The notes under the pieces were generated by a model. It made no database searches, was not told the DNA's origin, and worked only from the letters and a program-made list of their open reading frames with translations. Below, piece after piece: positions 1 to 8,824 of a stretch of 64,000 nucleotides of DNA; positions within the stretch are counted from its first letter, which is position 1; each line of letters begins with the position of its first letter. The stretch is from a virus, in the IMG/VR virus record IMGVR_UViG_3300025138_000014, positions 32,001 through 96,000 of that record; one strand, given 5' to 3'. A program made the translations under genes and the position numbers.

Positions 1-14
1 AAGCAGTAAAAACT

Positions 15-569
15 ATGCTATCTCTTGATTTGGAAAAATACCTATATGAACTAAAAGAATTATTCTTTACGCATATTATGACCAAAAAATATCACGCACG
101 TTTACCAAAACCACTCAAAATGCAATTTGTATATCATTTCGGTAACTATGATACATCGCTTAATGATGACTCACCTATTGCAGAACTATTCTTATCTGAA
201 CGTATATGGAACTCCAAGACCATGCGCAAACCCACTGCTGGTAAGAATATAAAATTCAATAATATCACTAGTGCTGATATCAAATTATTTAAACACTTTG
301 ATAGTACATTCTTTAATACAGATACAGATAATCCAAAAATGATGAAGTCGGAATCATATAAACTAAACTGGATAGATGCTGTTAATGAAAATGAATTTTC
401 AGACAAGCTGTTAAATAAGATTATTGAAAACGAATCATCATTTAATAATCTTCTAACCCCTGTGTTTTCCATGGAACAATCTACAGTAAATAATTATTTG
501 GTAACAGCTTTATTTGAAGCACGAAATGATAATGATAAAGGTTTCTTAAAGAATTTTGCGATCATGTAA
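15..569 (+). CDS. Hypothetical protein, probably 5'-truncated by the window edge; part of the radical SAM island
   Basis: Frame is open back to base 3; the stop abuts the next ATG (TAAATG); no recognisable motif. Confidence 0.6.
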   Translation: MLSLDLEKYLYELKELFFTHIMTKKYHARLPKPLKMQFVYHFGNYDTSLNDDSPIAELFLSERIWNSKTMRKPTAGKNIKFNNITSADIKLFKHFDSTFFNTDTDNPKMMKSESYKLNWIDAVNENEFSDKLLNKIIENESSFNNLLTPVFSMEQSTVNNYLVTALFEARNDNDKGFLKNFAIM

Positions 570-1589
570 ATGTCTATATATGATCTATTAGAAAACAAAA
601 TAACAACTTATGGTGAGATTGTTTGCTGCTTATTTGAGCACTGCAATCTAAAATGTGTTTTCTGCCCTCAAGATCATAATGATATACAAGGTGCTGACCG
701 TGATGCTATTATGGCTAAAGTGCCACAGATTGTAGATTGGATTAATAATAATAGAAGAACTCAGGCTTATAAATTACATTTAATGGGCGGAGAACTCTTT
801 CAAGATGAATGGATAGATAAAGGTTTCCTAGAAATATATCAGGACTTTATTGATTCTATTATAGCACAAACGGAAGCTGATGTCTACATAAATTTTATAA
901 CTAATTTATGTTTTACTAAGTCAGATGTTGTAATGGAATTTTTAGAAGCAAATGATTTAACTATCTCTGTAAGTTATGATCCAGCTGGTAGATTTACTCC
1001 TAAAGCACATGAGATTTTTGTTTCTAATATTGAAACATATAAAGATAAGATTGAAATGATCTCGCTAGTTGCCACAAAACAGAATATAGCAAAAATTCAA
1101 CGTGGTGATAATTTATTTACATATCTTTACAATACATATCCTTGTGACTTTGACTCATTCTTACCTTCTGTAGATAACTCAAGAAAACTAATGCCTAGTG
1201 AAAGAACTCTTTTTGAGTTTAACAAATTGCTTGTATCTAAATATCCGAAATGTTTAAATGTTGATCATTTCGTTAATCAAAAAACACAGAATAAAATGAT
1301 TTGTACAAGAGGCAATTCTCTTACTGTAATGCCAGACGGATCTATTCCAACTGGTTGTTCTGGAGCAGTATTCTTAAAAGAAGCATCAACACCTGACCTG
1401 GCTGGTCCGGTGATCGTTGAAAAGTTTATGGCTAAATATAATTGCTTCGAGTGTAAATACTTTGCCCGATGCCCATTTAGCTGTTTCATTAAACAAGATT
1501 ATAAACACATTGAGCAAGATATGGACGAATGTGTATTTAAGGCGACATTCAAATATGCAGATAGCATTCATCAACCCACCGCATGCTGA
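570..1589 (+). CDS. Radical SAM protein with SPASM-like C-terminus (paralog of 24199-25323)
   Basis: CNLKCVFC (CxxxCxxC), GGELFQD, C-terminal C...GC...CFECKYFARCPFSC...C. Confidence 0.9.
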   Translation: MSIYDLLENKITTYGEIVCCLFEHCNLKCVFCPQDHNDIQGADRDAIMAKVPQIVDWINNNRRTQAYKLHLMGGELFQDEWIDKGFLEIYQDFIDSIIAQTEADVYINFITNLCFTKSDVVMEFLEANDLTISVSYDPAGRFTPKAHEIFVSNIETYKDKIEMISLVATKQNIAKIQRGDNLFTYLYNTYPCDFDSFLPSVDNSRKLMPSERTLFEFNKLLVSKYPKCLNVDHFVNQKTQNKMICTRGNSLTVMPDGSIPTGCSGAVFLKEASTPDLAGPVIVEKFMAKYNCFECKYFARCPFSCFIKQDYKHIEQDMDECVFKATFKYADSIHQPTAC

Positions 1590-3252
1590 TTGGTCATTAG
1601 CTAATAACTTCACATTTCTACTCATGCAAAGTTATTATAATCGCTTTGGTAAATATGCTGGGCAGATAGAATGGCTTGAATCTCCATATAAATGGAATAC
1701 CTATGAATCCTATGACGAAGTAACATCAGAGGTTATTAGTGCTGATGTAATTATGTTTTCATCTTATACATGGAACTATGTTATCTGTGATGAAATTTCG
1801 GCTAAAATTAAAAAAGAATATCCAAACAAAATATTAGTTTTAGGCGGTCCTCATATAGGTACAAATGAACCAGAACTATTAGCATCACGTCCGCAGTATG
1901 ATTTAATTTGTAGACCTACCAAACCAGGTGAGCCTTTTATGGCCGAGTTGATTGACCAGTTTATTGAAAAGAGAATTGATCCAACATATATCCCATGGGA
2001 GTTAAGGTCTGATATAGAAGTCATACACGATATAAGCAAAGAGGATTATTCAGTTTATGAAGATCACTTAGAATATATTACAAAGCTATTAGATTATTCA
2101 AGAGAACATAAGATGGAGCCTTTCATTGTTTTAGAGACAACAAGAGGTTGTCCTTACAAGTGTGTATTCTGTGAATGGGGTGGCGGTATCAATACAAAGA
2201 TTTATAAAAAGTCTGTAGATATTGTAAAGCGTGATATTAATGCTATGATAAAAGCTGGATATAGAGATGCTTATTTAACTGATGCAAATTTCGGAGCATT
2301 TCTAAAACGTGACTTTGAAATATTTGAATATGCTTGGGATAACAGTTTTAATTTAACAGATATATCCACTATGAAGTCAAAAGATTTACCAAGAAGAAAA
2401 GAGCTGATTGATAAGTGGTTTGAAATAGTAGATAAGCACGTTAAGGCGCCAGGTTCTACCGATGGTGAGGATATGTGGACTGAAACAGCTTTTGTTTCAT
2501 TAGTCCCAACTGTATCCATTCAAAGCAGTTCTGATACAGCCATGAAGTTAGCCGATCGTGTTGATTTAAATACTTATGATAAATTAAAATTAAGTGAATA
2601 TATTAATGAAAGATGTACTGAACACGGATATCCAATTCCAGCATTAGAGTTAATTCTTGCTATGCCCGGTTCTACAATAGATGACTTTTATTTTGAAATG
2701 GAATATATTTGGAACTTTAAAGCATTCGGTTCTTATCGGCACGACTATATGTTTTTGCCTGACTCAAGACTGAACTCTCCAGAATATAAGAAAAAACATA
2801 ATATTGAAACAGTAGAAGTATATTCAGATATTGTAGATGAACACGGCTCTGATAATTGGAACAGTTTATATAAAGACAAGAAATCATATTTTAGAACTAT
2901 CCTATCTTGTTTCTCTTTTACAAAAGAGGAGATGTATGAGATGTGGTTTATGAATAATGCGTGCAACTATATTCTACAGAAATTTTATCCACCTTTTGAG
3001 AAAAAAATGTCACCATCGGTATTTACAAAAGCAGTATATAATATTATAATAGAGTTAGACGAATGGATAGATATATATAATGAGATTAAAGATATTTACG
3101 ACCCAAATACTGCGCCTAAAAGTATTAGACAATTAGGTGGAAAATTTAGAACAGATTTTATAAATGATGTTCTGGAAAAAAATAGAATTATTATTATGTC
3201 GGAGGTTCATGGGGCATGTCAGGGAAGCAACTCACATTACAACTCACATTAA
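1555..3252 (+). CDS. Cobalamin-binding (class B-type) radical SAM protein
   Basis: Likely start MQIAFINPP at 1555; B12-binding-like N-domain (FSSYTWN, LGGPHI); ETTRGCPYKCVFCEWG; DANFG. Confidence 0.85.
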   Translation: MQIAFINPPHADWSLANNFTFLLMQSYYNRFGKYAGQIEWLESPYKWNTYESYDEVTSEVISADVIMFSSYTWNYVICDEISAKIKKEYPNKILVLGGPHIGTNEPELLASRPQYDLICRPTKPGEPFMAELIDQFIEKRIDPTYIPWELRSDIEVIHDISKEDYSVYEDHLEYITKLLDYSREHKMEPFIVLETTRGCPYKCVFCEWGGGINTKIYKKSVDIVKRDINAMIKAGYRDAYLTDANFGAFLKRDFEIFEYAWDNSFNLTDISTMKSKDLPRRKELIDKWFEIVDKHVKAPGSTDGEDMWTETAFVSLVPTVSIQSSSDTAMKLADRVDLNTYDKLKLSEYINERCTEHGYPIPALELILAMPGSTIDDFYFEMEYIWNFKAFGSYRHDYMFLPDSRLNSPEYKKKHNIETVEVYSDIVDEHGSDNWNSLYKDKKSYFRTILSCFSFTKEEMYEMWFMNNACNYILQKFYPPFEKKMSPSVFTKAVYNIIIELDEWIDIYNEIKDIYDPNTAPKSIRQLGGKFRTDFINDVLEKNRIIIMSEVHGACQGSNSHYNSH

Positions 3253-3764
3253 AAAAATGTTTAGATCAATTCGGATTTGCACAGCTATCTGAACCTGAAG
3301 GTCTTGGCGTGATAGATATTGATCAGTTTCAGTTAAGAAATACTGAAGAGCGAGCAAGAGATAATGGAGTTAATGATATACCACCATTTTTACAACTTCG
3401 CTTACACACATTCGGACACTTTTTATATGAAAAATATATTTTAAAAGATTGGCCGGATGCAGTTTTTAATAAGTATCTAATTTGGGACGGAGTGGATAAA
3501 GATAATCAAGGATGGCACACTGATATGTTTGAATCATATGACGTGTTTCTTTTATATTACTTAGATGACACATTTCCAGAAACTGGAGGCAGTATAAACT
3601 TTAAATGGAAAAATGAAGAAGGTATATCTGAAGAATTGTCTTTTCAACCAACAGCTGGAGACTTGTTTATGATTTCTAATAAAAGAGGTTTCTGGCACAA
3701 AGCTGGTCAGTCATCAATACAACGGAGGGTTTGTTCTTTTGACTTTAATACAAACGATAGTTGA
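3216..3764 (+). CDS. 2OG-Fe(II) oxygenase superfamily protein
   Basis: WHTD (HxD), GGSINF, distal HKA...RR. Confidence 0.75.
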   Translation: MSGKQLTLQLTLKKCLDQFGFAQLSEPEGLGVIDIDQFQLRNTEERARDNGVNDIPPFLQLRLHTFGHFLYEKYILKDWPDAVFNKYLIWDGVDKDNQGWHTDMFESYDVFLLYYLDDTFPETGGSINFKWKNEEGISEELSFQPTAGDLFMISNKRGFWHKAGQSSIQRRVCSFDFNTNDS

Positions 3765-4056
3765 CGAAAAAAATATTCTTTGTAAGGAAAGAGACTTGAC
3801 TGCAGAATTATATAATCTTTGGATTACTAAACTGCATGACTTTGAAGATATTCCAGAAAAATACGAACAGTATATGAAAATGATTGATAATCTTGAACCT
3901 TATGCAAATATGCTTAAAGAAGCCATAAGAGAAAAGAATAGTGAAATATGTAAACACTATGGAGTTAATTCTATTTCAGATACACCTCATTCAGTAGAAT
4001 GTATAAACAAATATGGTTATGATAGACCTAATGGAGCCGTACTGGAAAGAGGATGA
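3739..4056 (+). CDS. Hypothetical protein
   Basis: Packed operon ORF overlapping its neighbours; helical; no motif; start uncertain. Confidence 0.55.
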   Translation: MTLIQTIVDEKNILCKERDLTAELYNLWITKLHDFEDIPEKYEQYMKMIDNLEPYANMLKEAIREKNSEICKHYGVNSISDTPHSVECINKYGYDRPNGAVLERG

Positions 4057-4526
4057 TTGCTTTTGACACAGATCTGCTTGTAAATGGATATAAAGTTTTT
4101 GAGGATAAAAAAATACTCTTTACTTTAGGTAAAATACCTGATATAAAAGAATGGGAAGGAGATCAAGTAAAGTCTCCAAAAGGCTTTGATCTCCGACTAG
4201 CTCAAAATTATATTAACAATAAGTATGTTGCGCCAGTATTTGGTGGAGCAGTATTTGGTTATAGTAATATATGGAGTGGAACAGATAGCAATAGTAAAGA
4301 ATGGCACAATGATTTAATTGAAGGTTTTAATCTATTTTTTATGTATTACCTAAGTGATATAACAGAAGGCGGAGAGTTATGTTTCAGAGTTAATGGTAAA
4401 GAAACTGGTTCAATTCAGCCTAAGAAAGATATGCTGGTAATGGGATCTCAAGAAAGATACGTTGAGCATAAAGTGAACGACTGCAATCAGGAAAGAATAG
4501 TGTGTAACTTTGGATACAATATATAA
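4053..4526 (+). CDS. 2OG-Fe(II) oxygenase superfamily protein
   Basis: WHND, GGELCF, HKV...RIV; resembles 3216-3764. Confidence 0.75.
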   Translation: MIAFDTDLLVNGYKVFEDKKILFTLGKIPDIKEWEGDQVKSPKGFDLRLAQNYINNKYVAPVFGGAVFGYSNIWSGTDSNSKEWHNDLIEGFNLFFMYYLSDITEGGELCFRVNGKETGSIQPKKDMLVMGSQERYVEHKVNDCNQERIVCNFGYNI

Positions 4527-5190
4527 AATAGAAGAATATCTGCCTAAAATAGGTCCCTTTAGCATATACGCTCTATCTCATTTAATAACTCAAAGTGAAA
4601 AGTTTAATAATCACTTAGCTATGACTCAGCCAGATAATAAGTTTGAGTTAATGTATGCCAACTGGATAGCCACTGGTAATGAAAGTTTCATAGATTATTA
4701 TAAAGATATAGTTGCTCAAGCGTGCTTTGCTGAATTTCTTGAATGGTATGAGTACATAGCAAAGAACATACTACGAGATGATGTTCAAAGTGAACTTGGT
4801 ATTAAGTTTGACTATGATGCAATTAATTGGGAAAATGAAGTAAAAAAGTCCGAACTATTTGGATGGGCTTGGAGAACAACAGACTACAAACACTTTATGA
4901 ATAATTTGGATAAAGTCAGCAAAATCGGTGCTATGATGAACAACTTTTTTAATGATAGAAAACCGTTAAGCACTTTAGATGCAGATTACTTTGAATCAGA
5001 TCATGCTCAACTTGTACTCGACTCAATAGATAAAATTTTAATAAATAATGATAGACAAGAAATAATAGATCATTTAAATACAGAGAAAATTCTGTGTATG
5101 ATAGAAGTGTACGGTTGGGACAATCGGTTTAATAATATTCTATTGAAATGGATTTCAGACAATAGGAATAAAGTAAAACACTGGGCATGA
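4510..5190 (+). CDS. Hypothetical protein
   Basis: 226-aa ORF coupled to the downstream radical SAM gene (ATGA overlap). Confidence 0.6.
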   Translation: MDTIYKIEEYLPKIGPFSIYALSHLITQSEKFNNHLAMTQPDNKFELMYANWIATGNESFIDYYKDIVAQACFAEFLEWYEYIAKNILRDDVQSELGIKFDYDAINWENEVKKSELFGWAWRTTDYKHFMNNLDKVSKIGAMMNNFFNDRKPLSTLDADYFESDHAQLVLDSIDKILINNDRQEIIDHLNTEKILCMIEVYGWDNRFNNILLKWISDNRNKVKHWA

Positions 5191-6089
5191 TAATATCAAT
5201 AAACCCAACCTACTTTTGTAACTTTAGATGTGATTTCTGCTATCTATCTCCTAAACAATTGGGTGACCAGAAACAGATTTACCTTGAAAAACTAGATGAA
5301 TTATTAGCCCAAGTCCCAGATATAGAACACATTGACTTGTACGGCGGCGAAGTCGGCGCAATGAAAAAGTCCTATTTTTATGGCCTTAAAGAAGTCATTA
5401 GAAAATATTACTCTGGTACAATTAATATAAACACAAATTATTCTATGATGCATCCAGGCTTCTTTGACCCAGATGTTTATCTTTCTGTATCGTATGATTT
5501 TGAAGCAAGAGAAAAGTCTGAACTTGTCTTTAATAATATGATGATGGCTACAGCTCCAATGGCTGTTCTAGTCTTGGCTTCACCAACAGTATTAAAAAAA
5601 GATGTACTGGAGATGATAAGTTTACTAAATATGTGTAGTTCAGTCAGGTCTGTTGAAATTAAACCATATTCTACCAATCAAGCAAATGCTCATCCAGTAA
5701 CACATAAAGATTTTGAAGATCACGTTATTAAGTGGTTAGAGTATGAAGATGAAATGAAGTTCCAGTTTGTAAATGCAGATAGAATCATAGACTCATTGGA
5801 AGGCAACTATAATGCATTCTCTGACGATCATATTTATATTACACCAAATGGAAAATTCGGAGTATTAGAATTTGACAAAGAGGATAAAGAATACTTCCTA
5901 GAACTGGACAGTTGGGACGACTATATACTATGGACTCAAAAAGAAAAAACTGAAATGTCTCCTATCTGTACTTCTTGTAAGTATTTTGGTAAGTGCTTAA
6001 CAGAACATTATAGATATGTGAAAGACCTTACAAATAGTTGTAATGGATATAAAGGATTACTAGATTGGGCTGATTTAAATCTAAATTAG
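5187..6089 (+). CDS. Radical SAM protein with partial SPASM-like C-terminus
   Basis: NPTYFCNFRCDFCY, YGGE, C-terminal CTSCKYFGKC...C. Confidence 0.9.
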   Translation: MIISINPTYFCNFRCDFCYLSPKQLGDQKQIYLEKLDELLAQVPDIEHIDLYGGEVGAMKKSYFYGLKEVIRKYYSGTININTNYSMMHPGFFDPDVYLSVSYDFEAREKSELVFNNMMMATAPMAVLVLASPTVLKKDVLEMISLLNMCSSVRSVEIKPYSTNQANAHPVTHKDFEDHVIKWLEYEDEMKFQFVNADRIIDSLEGNYNAFSDDHIYITPNGKFGVLEFDKEDKEYFLELDSWDDYILWTQKEKTEMSPICTSCKYFGKCLTEHYRYVKDLTNSCNGYKGLLDWADLNLN

Positions 6090-6112
6090 TGTTATCTGAA
6101 GATTAGAACCAT

Positions 6113-6120
6113 TATAAATA
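6113..6120 (+). promoter_or_regulatory. T4-type late promoter
   Basis: Intergenic TATAAATA 33 bp upstream of the tail/virion block; gp55 is present in the window. Confidence 0.8.
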
Positions 6121-6152
6121 AACTAAACCACTATAACATTGGATTTAGTTGA

Positions 6153-6506
6153 ATGGCACAATTCGAGCAATTAGAAATTGATCAGGGCACAGATGTCGCT
6201 GTTGAAATGCACCTGACAGATAAGGACGGTTCGGCAAAGAACCTTACTAATCATACAATAACAGCTAAACTTAAAAAGAATTACAGTTCTGATAGCGCAG
6301 ATACGACAAACTTTAATTGTATTGTTGTTTCTCCTGCTACATCAGGTATTGCTACAATCTCTTTAACAAACTCACAAACAAGTGCGCTTAGATCAGGCAA
6401 ATACGTGTATGACGTAGAAATGGCCTTTGTAGATAGCGACTCTAATACAATTATTGAAAGAGTGTTAGAAGGTCAAGCTATTGTAACACCGAGTGTGACA
6501 AGATGA
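6153..6506 (+). CDS. Virion adaptor / BppU-N-like structural protein
   Basis: IDQGTD...LT..QT..L..GKYVYDV...RVLEG...V.P.VT pattern typical of small tail-associated beta proteins. Confidence 0.65.
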   Translation: MAQFEQLEIDQGTDVAVEMHLTDKDGSAKNLTNHTITAKLKKNYSSDSADTTNFNCIVVSPATSGIATISLTNSQTSALRSGKYVYDVEMAFVDSDSNTIIERVLEGQAIVTPSVTR

Positions 6507-6736
6507 GTTTTTCAATAAAACTTAGTGGCGGAACAACGCAAGTAAAAAAAGTTGTTGTCGGAACTCCAGTCAGAAAAGTAACATCAGGTTCTTTTTCTGT
6601 TAACAATATTGCTGGGATTAATCTCTCAGTAGGAGAGAAAATTGAAGGTTCTCTATTAGTATTTGATTCAGCGAGTGGGAATTTTATTCCTGCACAGACC
6701 CTCACAAACACTAATATAACAGGAGAGTCCTACTAA
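6503..6736 (+). CDS. Small virion-associated protein
   Basis: Coupled to neighbours; GSLLVFDSASGNF and a terminal ITGESY like fibre-assembly proteins. Confidence 0.55.
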   Translation: MSFSIKLSGGTTQVKKVVVGTPVRKVTSGSFSVNNIAGINLSVGEKIEGSLLVFDSASGNFIPAQTLTNTNITGESY

Positions 6737-8781
6737 TGGCTTCGATAGTACGAATAAAAAGATCAGCAACGGGAGGCGATCCGGCCAGTCTTGCTACAGG
6801 CGAATTAGCATACTCAAATTTACAGTCAAATGTATCTGGCTCTAATGGTGGTGATAAACTCTATATCGGACACGGTGCCGAAAATGCTGGGAATGCAGCA
6901 GTTCATGAAGTCATCGGTGGTAAGTATTTTACCAGTAAGTTAGACCATGCGATTGGTGTTCTTACAGGATCATCTGCTATTCTTGTTGACTCTGATAAGA
7001 AAATTGACGTGTTAAATGTTGATAATTTAACCTTAAATTTAAACACTATATCATCAACAAATACTAATGGTAATATTAATCTTATTCCAAATGGCTCTGG
7101 AGAAGTAGTTGCTGCAAATCTTAAAGTTAGTGACCTAACAGATAACAGAATTGTTATATCGGGTGCTGCTGGTAATATTGAAGATGACGCAACCTTTACT
7201 TTTGATGGCCAAACTTTAACAGTCGGTTCTACTACTATTGAAAAAGGTAGTACAGGAATTAATACTACAGGTCTTGAAGCTGACTCGGCTACTATAGGCA
7301 ACTTCACTCTTACATCTGGTACTTTTGGTACTGCTAAAGTTACTGATCTAACAAATAATAGAATTGTTATTGCTGGTGCATCAGGAGAACTTGAAGATGA
7401 TGCAAATCTAACATTTGACGGTAGTACATTTACAGTTAATACTACTACAATAAATCAAACAGGTTCTACAATAAATCAAACAGGTTCTGTTAATATTACT
7501 GGAGACTTGGACGTTGATAATCTTAATATCAACGGAAATAAAATTATTTCTACAAACACTAATGGAAATATTGAACTTGAACCTAACGGTTTAGGCTCTA
7601 TTGAAGTATTTGGTGCAGAAATTAAACAGGTTGGTAATGCTACTGATTCCGCCGATGCAGTTAATCTAAACACTTTAAATCAATATAATAACGCACAGAC
7701 ATTTAATTTTAGAGATGACGCAAACGATTCTGATGCTCTTATTATTAATAGTGAGATGTTTAATTTTATTGGTGGTACTGGTCTTACAACCTCTAAGGGT
7801 AATAATACAATTACCCACACACTCGACAATACTGCAGTATCAGCTGGCTCATATGGTAATGCTACAAACATTCCATCTTTTACTGTTGACGCACAAGGTA
7901 GATTAACAGCTGCTTCACAGACTTCAGTTGCTACAACATTAAATCTTACAGCTGATTCTGCCAGTACCGGTGCAGTTTCTATTCTTACCCAAGGACTAAA
8001 AATTATAGGTGGAGAAGGGCTAGATGTTAATGTAGCCAATCAACAATTTGTAATATCAGGTGAAAATGCAGCTTATGCTAATAAAGGTATTGCATCATTT
8101 GATAATACTGACTTTACAGTAACCAATGGTGCGGTTGCAGTAAATGCTACTACTCTCGGTTCTACAGCAATTAATCCGGGTCAAACAACTACAGCTATTG
8201 CAGGAATGACCCAACTAGATGTTGATAATGTAAGATTAGACGGAAATATAATCTCTACAACTGACTCAGCAGCATCTGTCATGTTCCTAGACCCAGGTAA
8301 TAATAATGCGGTTGCAGGTAAAGTTGTTATCAGAGGTGACTTGCAGATTGACGGTGTGACTACAACTGTTAATTCTACAACACTAGCTGTAGCCGATAAG
8401 AATATTGTACTAGCAGATGGCGCTGCTGATTCAGCCGCTTCTGATGGGGCAGGACTTACAGTTGAAGGTTCGGGTGCTAGCATTATATATAATTCTGGTA
8501 CTAATGCATGGGATATGAATCGCCATGTAAATATTACATCAGGTCACGATTTCAAGATCGGTGGAGTTGGGTTTGATGAGCGTGTAGATGATCGACTAAA
8601 TAGTTTACTGCTAGCAGGTGAAGCTATAGACTTGGTATATAATGATGGATCAAACTCTTTAACTATTTCATCAGAAACGGCGACAGCTTCAAATCTTGGT
8701 GTTTCTAAATTCAATACAGCAAACTTTGCAATTGCTTCTGGAGATGTTACAGTGACTGAGATTAATGGCGGAACATACTAA
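6736..8781 (+). CDS. Tail fibre protein
   Basis: N-terminal RIKRS...P..L..GELAY motif; G/T/N/S-rich with internal repeats; ends INGGTY. Confidence 0.8.
   Translation: MASIVRIKRSATGGDPASLATGELAYSNLQSNVSGSNGGDKLYIGHGAENAGNAAVHEVIGGKYFTSKLDHAIGVLTGSSAILVDSDKKIDVLNVDNLTLNLNTISSTNTNGNINLIPNGSGEVVAANLKVSDLTDNRIVISGAAGNIEDDATFTFDGQTLTVGSTTIEKGSTGINTTGLEADSATIGNFTLTSGTFGTAKVTDLTNNRIVIAGASGELEDDANLTFDGSTFTVNTTTINQTGSTINQTGSVNITGDLDVDNLNINGNKIISTNTNGNIELEPNGLGSIEVFGAEIKQVGNATDSADAVNLNTLNQYNNAQTFNFRDDANDSDALIINSEMFNFIGGTGLTTSKGNNTITHTLDNTAVSAGSYGNATNIPSFTVDAQGRLTAASQTSVATTLNLTADSASTGAVSILTQGLKIIGGEGLDVNVANQQFVISGENAAYANKGIASFDNTDFTVTNGAVAVNATTLGSTAINPGQTTTAIAGMTQLDVDNVRLDGNIISTTDSAASVMFLDPGNNNAVAGKVVIRGDLQIDGVTTTVNSTTLAVADKNIVLADGAADSAASDGAGLTVEGSGASIIYNSGTNAWDMNRHVNITSGHDFKIGGVGFDERVDDRLNSLLLAGEAIDLVYNDGSNSLTISSETATASNLGVSKFNTANFAIASGDVTVTEINGGTY
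7445..7488 (+). repeat. 21-bp perfect tandem duplication (TINQTGS x2)
   Basis: ctacaataaatcaaacaggtt repeated twice in frame. Confidence 0.9.
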
Positions 8782-8824
8782 ACTAGATTTATTAATCTGG
8801 TTAATACTTTTTTAAGGACGAATT

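Noticed and set aside
1417-1554. Longest-ORF N-terminal extensions (also 16857, 20877, 40267, 50308, 54455, 54879)
   Set aside because: They overlap upstream genes or RBS elements; downstream ATGs have better coupling, SD or domain-boundary support.
8781-8813. Hairpin AACTAGATT/AATCTGGTT between fibre genes as a terminator
   Set aside because: The stem is weak and AT-rich and the T-run is separated from it; at most a processing or attenuation site.
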